The notes below the pieces were generated by a model. That model was given only the letters and a program-made list of their open reading frames with translations. It had not been told where the DNA came from and searched no databases. Position numbers and translations under genes: made by a program. Positions 56,698-64,000 of a stretch of DNA of 64,000 nucleotides are shown piece after piece. Numbering within the stretch: position 1 is the first letter of the stretch; each line of letters opens with the position of its first letter. Origin of the DNA: a virus; IMG/VR virus record IMGVR_UViG_3300003267_000287, positions 1 through 64,000 of that record, one strand, 5' to 3'.

Positions 56698-57466
56698 TCT
56701 GGCGATCATCACCGAGCAATCAGGGATCCCCGTTCCCAACCCCACGCCGTACAGCACGATCACCGTCGCGCTCGTGGCCTGGAACGAGGAAGCGCGCCTC
56801 GAGCCGCTCCTGATCTATCTCCGACCGTGGTTCGAGAAGATCGCGGTCGGCGTCCAGGCCAGCACCGATCGGACAGCGGAGATCGCGTCGGAGTACGCCG
56901 ACATCCTGGTCTTCGATGATCACCGGGGCTTTGGCGATGCGACCTTCGGGCCGCGGCTCCTGCCCCAGGTCCGATCAGAGTGGACCCTCAAGGTGGACTG
57001 CGATGAGATCCCCAGTGCTGATCTTCTGGACTCGCTCGGATCTGCGATCTGGCGAGCCGATCAGATCGGGCTCGACGGCTTCTGGATCCCCTTCCGGAGC
57101 GCCGTCGACGGCCAGGAGTACGAGGAGCAGCACAGCCATCTCCGCCTCTTTCGAACGCGAATTGGCTGGCCTGGAACGCTCCATTCGCGGCCGATGACCC
57201 AGAACACCGAGCTCTGGAACGTCGGGTATTTCCGCCACGATCGGACGCTCGACGAAATGATGCAGGACTACCTGCGGTACTGGCATGTCGGGCGGGGACA
57301 CTCGAGCTGGGAAGCTCACAACGCCGCGATGATGTTTCACGCCTGTCGCGGCACCGCCGAAGCCAAGGGCTGGGACTACGTTCAGTCGTTCAGCTGGTGG
57401 CCCGAGGTGGAGTCCATCGCCTTCACCTCAGAGAAGCCGTGGCTCACGGCAGAAGGAGTTCACTAA
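56669..57466 (+). CDS. family 2-like glycosyltransferase
   Basis: VAWNEE, STDRT, WTLKVDCDE, RLFR. Confidence 0.8.
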   Translation: MSDAPSISPDLAIITEQSGIPVPNPTPYSTITVALVAWNEEARLEPLLIYLRPWFEKIAVGVQASTDRTAEIASEYADILVFDDHRGFGDATFGPRLLPQVRSEWTLKVDCDEIPSADLLDSLGSAIWRADQIGLDGFWIPFRSAVDGQEYEEQHSHLRLFRTRIGWPGTLHSRPMTQNTELWNVGYFRHDRTLDEMMQDYLRYWHVGRGHSSWEAHNAAMMFHACRGTAEAKGWDYVQSFSWWPEVESIAFTSEKPWLTAEGVH

Positions 57467-57792
57467 TGGCAGCTTCGATCGACATCGTCCCGGCGTCGGG
57501 CAGCGTTGTCTCGACGTCCTCGGCGTGCCGCGTGGAAGTGACCGGCGCTGATCAGAACGACGACAGCGCCTACACGACGGCGGTCTATCCCCAGAGCCCC
57601 GAGATGCGCTACTACCTGACGTTCGAGAAGTCCTCGACGATCCTCGGCAAGAGCTACGTCTTCGGGGTCAACGAGGACGGTGACCACACCTTCAACAACT
57701 ACATCTTCCCATCCAGCGGGTCGTGGACCATCCGGCTCAACGACGCGTCGGATGACTCGTCGGTCGCGACGAAGTCCGTCACCGTTTCCTGA
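57466..57792 (+). CDS. beta-rich putative virion protein
   Basis: 108 aa; AAGGAG SD. Confidence 0.65.
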   Translation: MAASIDIVPASGSVVSTSSACRVEVTGADQNDDSAYTTAVYPQSPEMRYYLTFEKSSTILGKSYVFGVNEDGDHTFNNYIFPSSGSWTIRLNDASDDSSVATKSVTVS

Positions 57793-57797
57793 CTCGC

Positions 57798-57830
57798 GGG
57801 CCCGCTGGGTTCCTCCTGCTCAGCGGGCCC
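57798..57830 (+). terminator. GC hairpin
   Basis: GGGCCCGCTGGG-loop-CTCAGCGGGCCC. Confidence 0.5.
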
Positions 57831-57884
57831 ACTTGATAGGAGGACGGGAGGTCGGCCGATGAGGGAGGCCGGATGGACGGTCCG

Positions 57885-58841
57885 ATGAGCAACGTCCTGG
57901 TGACAGGCGCCGCCGGGTTTCTTGGGCGTTGGTTTGTTCGAGCGCACCTGAAGCGCGGCGACTTCGTCATTGGCGTCGATGATCTGTCGAACCCGCACTC
58001 CTATTGGCCAGACGAGCTTGATCCACTTCGCCGCTACCAACTCGATGCAGCGACCTGGTTCGGGCGTGGGATCGGCCTCGCTCCCCAGGACCAGATCGGG
58101 CTGGTCAAGTGGGACATCGTCTACCACTTCGCGGCCCCTGTCGGCGGCCGCCTGAAGATCGAGTACGACCCGCTGTTCAACGCGAACAGCCTGGCCCTCG
58201 ACTCACTGTTCTTCCGCTGGGCGGTCGAGCGAGCCGCGATCGCGGTCTATCCGTCATCGTCGGCGGTCTACGGAGTGGCCCTTCAGGAGGGGTCGGGCCA
58301 GCTTCTCCGCGAGGGCGACTTCAACCCAGAGGACGCCAGCTGGATGGCGCCTGACGAGATCTACGGTCTGACCAAGCTGGTCGGCGAATATCTCGCCTGG
58401 AAATCCGCGAAGTACGGCCTGAATACGCTGTGTATTCGCCCGTTCAGTGGATATGGACCGGAGCAATCGCTCGAATATCCGATCCCGTCCATCCTGAAGC
58501 GCGCCAAGAACCGCGAGGACCCCCTCGTTGTCTGGGGAACCGGTGAACAGCGGCGCGACTTCATCTACGTCGAGGACCTGGTCAACGCCACGCTCGCTCG
58601 ACTCGATGCCGGAGTCCGGGGCTACCGGGCGATGAACATCGGCACCGGCAAGGGCGTCTCGTTCCGCCAGATCGCGCAAGCCGCGGCCAAGATCGCGGGC
58701 TACAGCCCGCAGATCCAGGTCGACCTGTCGAAACCGGCTGGGGTCAGTAGCCGATATGGCTCACCGGCCCTCATGCACCGCTTCTACACTCCATCTGTTT
58801 CCCTGGAAGAGGGCTTGGCCAGGGTGATGGAGGGGCTGTAA
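57885..58841 (+). CDS. NAD-dependent nucleotide-sugar epimerase/dehydratase
   Basis: VLVTGAAGFLG, SSSAVYG, YGLTK, GEQRRDFIYVED. Confidence 0.93.
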   Translation: MSNVLVTGAAGFLGRWFVRAHLKRGDFVIGVDDLSNPHSYWPDELDPLRRYQLDAATWFGRGIGLAPQDQIGLVKWDIVYHFAAPVGGRLKIEYDPLFNANSLALDSLFFRWAVERAAIAVYPSSSAVYGVALQEGSGQLLREGDFNPEDASWMAPDEIYGLTKLVGEYLAWKSAKYGLNTLCIRPFSGYGPEQSLEYPIPSILKRAKNREDPLVVWGTGEQRRDFIYVEDLVNATLARLDAGVRGYRAMNIGTGKGVSFRQIAQAAAKIAGYSPQIQVDLSKPAGVSSRYGSPALMHRFYTPSVSLEEGLARVMEGL

Positions 58842-59689
58842 TGCCACAGGTTGTCCGTCTCGAGTCGTCTCCGGGCGGGGATCTTCAGATCCTGACGGGC
58901 CGTCGGCCCGGTGAGGCGATCGGAACCATCGCGATCCCGACCCGGGATCACGTCTCGGCGCCGCTGTTCATCAGCTTGATGAACACCGACTGGTCGTTCC
59001 TCGGCCCGAACGAGTGCGTCAACTGGTCGATCGTCCAGGGCTCGATGTTGCCGACGCAACGAAACGAGCTCGTCCAGCGGATGATCGGTGACTGGATCCT
59101 GTTCATCGACTCCGACATGGTCTTCGGGGTCGACGCCATCAAGCGGATCGTCGCCGTCCGAGACGAGCACGATCTCGACATGGTCGGCGGGCTGTGCTTC
59201 CAGCGGGTTGAGCCCCACCAGCCGACGCTGTACATGCGCGAGCAGCCCACCGAGGGCGGCTACAGCTTCCTCGAACGCTGGGACAGCGATCTCGTCGAGG
59301 TCGACGGGACCGGGATGGCGTTCATGCTCATCCACAAGCGGGTGTTCGAGCGGATCGTGCGGGTGTTCGACGAGCGCCCCTCGTTCGTCTGGCCACCCCA
59401 CGAGGAGCGGATCCGGACCAGGCCACCGGAGTTCTTCCGCTGGATCGGGAATGTCGGAGAGGATCTTCGGTTCTGCCAGGACGCCAAGGCGTCGGGCAGT
59501 CGGATTTTCGTCGACACCCGCATCGAAATTGGCCACGTCGGAACGGAGACGATCAACCGAACCACCTTCCTTCGGAGTCTCGCGACCCGAAATCGCGAGG
59601 CCGAGCGCGCTCGACAGCAACTCAACGATCGGCTGGGATTGCCGACGATGACAGCGGACGAGGCGCGAGGAGCACTCGGCCTTGAGTGA
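58841..59689 (+). CDS. GT-A fold glycosyltransferase
   Basis: RNELV, ILFIDSDM, GMAFMLI, GEDLRFC, IGHVG. Confidence 0.85.
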   Translation: MPQVVRLESSPGGDLQILTGRRPGEAIGTIAIPTRDHVSAPLFISLMNTDWSFLGPNECVNWSIVQGSMLPTQRNELVQRMIGDWILFIDSDMVFGVDAIKRIVAVRDEHDLDMVGGLCFQRVEPHQPTLYMREQPTEGGYSFLERWDSDLVEVDGTGMAFMLIHKRVFERIVRVFDERPSFVWPPHEERIRTRPPEFFRWIGNVGEDLRFCQDAKASGSRIFVDTRIEIGHVGTETINRTTFLRSLATRNREAERARQQLNDRLGLPTMTADEARGALGLE

Positions 59690-60077
59690 GATGGTGTTTC
59701 TGGGAACGACGCCGTACTTCCTAGTCCTGAGCGCCGAAGACGACGGGATCCACATCGACCTCGACGAGCCCCAGTGGGCGACGACGTACGCCGAGTGGAT
59801 GCGTCGTCCGTGCGTCTGGTTCCTCGTCCACAAGGAGACCCAGCAGCCGCTGCTCGCGGTCTGGGTCCATGAGGGCGACCAGCCCTACTACACCGCCCGC
59901 CACGTCGGGATTACGAGCTCGGCCGGTGGCAACGAGATCACCGCGTACGGGATCGGCAAGAAGCGGCCGGACGGCTCGATGGTCCGGCTGTGGGCCATGC
60001 CCAACGGCACGATCTGCGGAGGGGATGACGTCGACGATCTCGGCGTCCGGATGGTGAAAGCCCTCGGACCCAGATAG
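59682..60077 (+). CDS. hypothetical protein
   Basis: 131 aa coupled ORF. Confidence 0.65.
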   Translation: MSEMVFLGTTPYFLVLSAEDDGIHIDLDEPQWATTYAEWMRRPCVWFLVHKETQQPLLAVWVHEGDQPYYTARHVGITSSAGGNEITAYGIGKKRPDGSMVRLWAMPNGTICGGDDVDDLGVRMVKALGPR

Positions 60078-60088
60078 GAGGTGTCGCC

Positions 60089-60937
60089 ATGAGGCGACTC
60101 ACCGCCGCCCTAAGTGCCGCGATCATCCTCGCGGCACTTTCGATTCAGACGGCATTTGCTGCCGACCCTCCGGCCCCGACCACGGGGACGCCGTATGCGG
60201 GGCCCTGTCAGCAGGCCGAGTCCCAGGGCTGGTGGCGCAAGGACGGGATCACGATCCCCTCCGCCGTCGGCGAGCACATCCACGTCGCGACCTGCATCCC
60301 CACGACCAAGGTCGATGGGACGATCACCCTCGCGGTCAAGGTCACCCAGCACAACGGGACGGGCGCGATCAAGTGGCTTCGGGCTTGTCGCGAGTCCGAC
60401 TACTGCCAGCGCTGGAGCACGAACTTCCCAGCCTGCGCTGACTGCTCTCAGACCTACTACCTGCCGATCAAGGTCGGAGCCTGGCCGACCGGCGTCGGCG
60501 AGCTCCGATTGACCGCCAACGTGACTCTCAACGGCGAGGGCAAGCGGCAGTTCCAGAGCACGGGCTGGCCGATCCCGGTCCGCTCCACCACCTGCTCCAC
60601 CCGCTGCAACATCTTCTGGGAAGCGCGCGGCTGGTACGAGGGACACGGCTACCAGAACGCCCGACTGACCTCGGGGCCCGCGAACATCCGCTCCGGCGGT
60701 TCGATCAGCGTCCGACTCGACAAGGGGGCGGACGGGCTCACGACCAAGCTGGCTGGCGTCTACATCGATCCCGACTTCCATCACGGTTCGGCCGGGATCG
60801 TGGTGCACCAATGGGCCGCGGGCTACACGGGCTCGGTCACGCTCCCGACGCTCGCTCCAGGGCCACACAAGCTTGTCCTGATCGCGAGCGACGGACAGGA
60901 CGCTGGGGTGCTCGCCATCCCGTTCCTCGTCCCATGA
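60089..60937 (+). CDS. exported protein
   Basis: signal peptide ending AFA, several Cys; AGGAGGT SD. Confidence 0.75.
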   Translation: MRRLTAALSAAIILAALSIQTAFAADPPAPTTGTPYAGPCQQAESQGWWRKDGITIPSAVGEHIHVATCIPTTKVDGTITLAVKVTQHNGTGAIKWLRACRESDYCQRWSTNFPACADCSQTYYLPIKVGAWPTGVGELRLTANVTLNGEGKRQFQSTGWPIPVRSTTCSTRCNIFWEARGWYEGHGYQNARLTSGPANIRSGGSISVRLDKGADGLTTKLAGVYIDPDFHHGSAGIVVHQWAAGYTGSVTLPTLAPGPHKLVLIASDGQDAGVLAIPFLVP

Positions 60938-61254
60938 AGCGCCTGGTGATGGCGGTCGTCCTGGCCGCCACGCTGCTTGCCGCCAAGGCCCCAGCTCCAG
61001 CCTGCTCGATCACCCCGACGGCTGATCCAGCGGTCTGGACGTTGACGGCCTGGAACCTTCCGACGAACGACGAGCTCGGGTTCTCGCCGGACCTCTATCC
61101 GATCATGGGCGTCTCTGCGCCGACCGGAACGCTCACCCGGGACTGGTGGTACCCACAGGTCTACGTCTGGGAACGCGGCGGTGGCAAGAGCCTGATCAAG
61201 CCCGGACCGGGCCTGAACGACTACCACGTCATCGCGTTCTGCTCAGCGACATAG
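60934..61254 (+). CDS. small exported protein
   Basis: MKRLVMAVVLAATLLAA signal; two Cys. Confidence 0.65.
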   Translation: MKRLVMAVVLAATLLAAKAPAPACSITPTADPAVWTLTAWNLPTNDELGFSPDLYPIMGVSAPTGTLTRDWWYPQVYVWERGGGKSLIKPGPGLNDYHVIAFCSAT

Positions 61255-61337
61255 CATGACCGTTCGCCGCAATCCAATGCGGCAGACATCTGAGGCAATC
61301 CCATGCCGACCATGACCTCTCAGCTGAACAGCGTCCA

Positions 61338-61364
61338 CGCCCCGGGTGACCCCCGGGGCGTTTT
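61338..61364 (+). terminator. intrinsic terminator-like hairpin
   Basis: CGCCCCGGG-loop-CCCGGGGCG followed by TTTT. Confidence 0.7.
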
Positions 61365-61384
61365 CGTGTGCCCGGTGAACTGAC

Positions 61385-64000
61385 ATGGCCGTCGCGCTTG
61401 TTGGGACCATCGGAACCGCGACCCAGGGCACGTCCGGGAACTCAGTTTCCCCGACCTTCGGTGCGTCGGAAAACCGGACCGCGGGCAACCTGCTGGTGTG
61501 CTTCGTCACGGTCACTGGCACCGCGACGCTCCCAGCGACGCCAGCCGGTTGGGCGGTGGCCGTCCAGCGCGCGGGTACTTCGTGTAGCACCACGATCTTC
61601 ATTCGAACGGCCGAGGGATCGGACGCTGCACCGACGATCGGCGGCGTCACCAGCGGCATCATCGCGGCCCAGCTCGCGGAATACAGCGGCGCCCTGACGA
61701 CGGTCAATCAGTCAGGCAACAACGTCGGCACCGCGAGCCCGGTGACCGCCACCAACGGTGGGGCCGACACGGCCACGGCCTCGTTGATCGTGATGGCGTC
61801 GGCCGACCGCCGCAGCACAGGTCGCGCCCCGAGCGATACGTGGACGTCGAACCACGTCACGACCGTCACCCAGGCCGGAAACAACAACGCCGCCTCGAGT
61901 ACCGACCATTACTCGTTCGGCTACGGCACGACGAACAGCAACACCGGCGCCGACACCGTCACGATCACGCTGTCGAACACCCAGAACATCACAGGCATCG
62001 CCGTTGTCGATGCGGTCTTTCGACCTGGCAATACGGTCCTTTCAACGAAGACCCTCGACGCGATCCTCAAGGCCACGCCATCGGCGACGTTCGCCCTTGA
62101 CGCCGTCCTCAAGAAGACCCAGAGCGCGACCTTCACGCTCAACGCGGTCATCCTCAAGACTCAGTCGACGTCACTCGCTCTCGACGCGGTGGTTTTCAAG
62201 ACCACTGCGGCGACGTTCGCCCTTGATGCCGACATCTTCAAGACGACGAGCGCCACCTTCACGCTCAACGCGGTCCTCAAGAAGACCCAGAGCGCGACGC
62301 TCACCCTCGACGCCGTCCTGTTCAAGACCACGTCCGCGACCTTCACGCTCAACGCGATCAAGCGCACGACGACGTCCTCGTCGTTCACGTTCAACGCCTG
62401 CATCGCAAAGCTCCTGTGGAGCGACGACTGGAACCGAACGACGTCGACCGGCTACCTCGGCGGCACCTGGGTCCCGTTCAACGCCTCGGTCATCGACTAC
62501 AACCTGCCCGACTTCCTGCCCGATGTCTCGGTCAACGGCTCGGTGCTGCGCTTCACCCACAACGAACAGATCGAATGGCGCGGTGGACCGAAGATCAACA
62601 GCGGCCGGTTCCGGTTCGACCTCCGGACGCCTGACACCGATCCGCCGCATTCAGGCAGCGCGATCGTCGTGGCGAACGTCGTCCTGAAGTGGCTCCAGTT
62701 CCAGGTGATTTGGCGCCACGACGCGGTCAACTCGTTCACCCTCGGGTCGGACGTTGCTGACCTGACGATGCCGTCGTTCACGGCAGGGACCTGGTACACG
62801 TTCGAGGCTGGCTTCGCCCAGTCGAGTGCGGGCAATGGCTACCGCGAAACGCTGCGGATCTGGGAGCGGGGCAACACCGCGACCACGATCGAGCTCCAAA
62901 CCACGATCAACGCGTCCAATCCGACTCCGTACTCGGATACGTCGGTTGGCAACCTGACTCTCGACGGGTTCAGCAACGGGGTTGAATTCCAGCTCGACAA
63001 CTTCGAGTTGTACAGCTCCGTGACATCGCTGACCGAGTTCAGCGGTCTCGTTCTCAACTCGATCCTACGGACGATCAACAGCGCCAGCTTCACGTTCGAC
63101 GCTGTTGTTCTGCGGACAGCCGCGGCCACATTCGCGCTGGACTCGGTGTTGTTCAAGACCCAGTCCGCGACGTTCGCCCTCGACGCCGTCGTCGCAGGTG
63201 GCGCCGCCACCCAGACGGGTAGCTACGCGCTCGACGCTGTCCTGTTCAAGACCCAGGCCGCGTCGTTTGTCCTCGACTCGGTCCTGCTCAAGACGCAGTC
63301 GGCAACGTTCGCGCTCGATGCGATTCGGCTCCGCACGACGAGCGCAACGTTCGCTCTCGATGCCGTCCTCTTCCGAACGACCAGCGCCAGCACCACGCTG
63401 GACGCCATCCTGTTCAAGACCCAGGTCGCGACGTTCAGCCTGGACGCCGTTCTCAAGCGGACCGCGTCGGCCACGTTCGCTCTCGACGCCATCGTCTTCC
63501 GAACAACGACGAGCTCGTTCGCGCTCGACGCGGTCCTGTTCAAGACCGCATCGGCGAGCTTCACGCTGGACGCGATCCGCCTCCGGACGACCAGCGCCAC
63601 GTTCACCTTCGACGCCTGGCTGCTGCGTGTCGAAACCCGGACGGCGACGCTCGATGCCGTCCTGTTCAAGACGCAGAGCGCGACCTTCTCGCTGAACGCG
63701 GTGATCATGCCGCGGGCGACGCTCGACGCGATCGTCCGGCGGATCGAGACGCGCAGCTACACGATCGACGCGATCGTCATGCCACGGGCGACGCTGGACG
63801 CCGTCCTGCGCCGCACAGAGTCGTCAACGTTCACCCTGAGTGCCTTTATCGCTGGGGTCGGGACGTTCGCGACCAGCCTCGACGCGGTCATTCTCCGGAC
63901 CCAGTCCGCCACGCGCACGCTGGATGCGGTTCTGCTCCGCACAGAAACACGGTCGTTCGCGCTCGACTCGGTGATTTCCCGCACACAAACCGGGTCATTC
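61385..64000 (+). CDS. large fibre-like virion protein with 14-aa repeats (truncated; absent from ORF track)
   Basis: ATG 61385 (MAVALVGTIG...) open to window end; about 9 + 23 ATFxL(D/N)AVLxKTxS repeats around a lectin-like domain. Confidence 0.85.
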   Translation, partial: MAVALVGTIGTATQGTSGNSVSPTFGASENRTAGNLLVCFVTVTGTATLPATPAGWAVAVQRAGTSCSTTIFIRTAEGSDAAPTIGGVTSGIIAAQLAEYSGALTTVNQSGNNVGTASPVTATNGGADTATASLIVMASADRRSTGRAPSDTWTSNHVTTVTQAGNNNAASSTDHYSFGYGTTNSNTGADTVTITLSNTQNITGIAVVDAVFRPGNTVLSTKTLDAILKATPSATFALDAVLKKTQSATFTLNAVILKTQSTSLALDAVVFKTTAATFALDADIFKTTSATFTLNAVLKKTQSATLTLDAVLFKTTSATFTLNAIKRTTTSSSFTFNACIAKLLWSDDWNRTTSTGYLGGTWVPFNASVIDYNLPDFLPDVSVNGSVLRFTHNEQIEWRGGPKINSGRFRFDLRTPDTDPPHSGSAIVVANVVLKWLQFQVIWRHDAVNSFTLGSDVADLTMPSFTAGTWYTFEAGFAQSSAGNGYRETLRIWERGNTATTIELQTTINASNPTPYSDTSVGNLTLDGFSNGVEFQLDNFELYSSVTSLTEFSGLVLNSILRTINSASFTFDAVVLRTAAATFALDSVLFKTQSATFALDAVVAGGAATQTGSYALDAVLFKTQAASFVLDSVLLKTQSATFALDAIRLRTTSATFALDAVLFRTTSASTTLDAILFKTQVATFSLDAVLKRTASATFALDAIVFRTTTSSFALDAVLFKTASASFTLDAIRLRTTSATFTFDAWLLRVETRTATLDAVLFKTQSATFSLNAVIMPRATLDAIVRRIETRSYTIDAIVMPRATLDAVLRRTESSTFTLSAFIAGVGTFATSLDAVILRTQSATRTLDAVLLRTETRSFALDSVISRTQTGSF

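Noticed and set aside
62045-64000. 42-nt periodic repeats as a CRISPR array
   Set aside because: Degenerate, in-frame coding repeats with no unique spacers

Overview
High-GC tailed (siphovirus-like) phage genome segment with no host housekeeping genes. The window opens in the tail module: tail tube end, frameshifted tail assembly chaperone, 1957-aa tape measure protein, three minor tail proteins and a lysis cassette. A ~27 kb leftward early/replication arm follows (RlpA-like, SLOG, RusA, 2 HNH, tRNA-Cys, dcd, ERF, PD-(D/E)XK, methyltransferase, ParB-N, RadC, SSB, AAA ATPase, many small ORFs). Transcription diverges near 43.7 kb into a rightward arm with 7 tRNAs, a queD-like gene, ParB-N, terminase, portal, a glycosyltransferase/epimerase cluster and a truncated 14-aa-repeat fibre gene. 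No capsid, polymerase or integrase is visible. The best candidate for an undescribed system is a putative protein-remodelling module: a classical AAA ATPase, four paralogous zinc-finger proteins sharing a C-terminal DGSxxxG..W tail, and a JAMM-motif protein. A separate 77-aa ubiquitin-like ORF ending RGG sits next to a partner with a single Cys. Several structured non-coding RNA candidates and a shared promoter/operator motif were also seen. All assignments are from manual motif reading; no searches were run.
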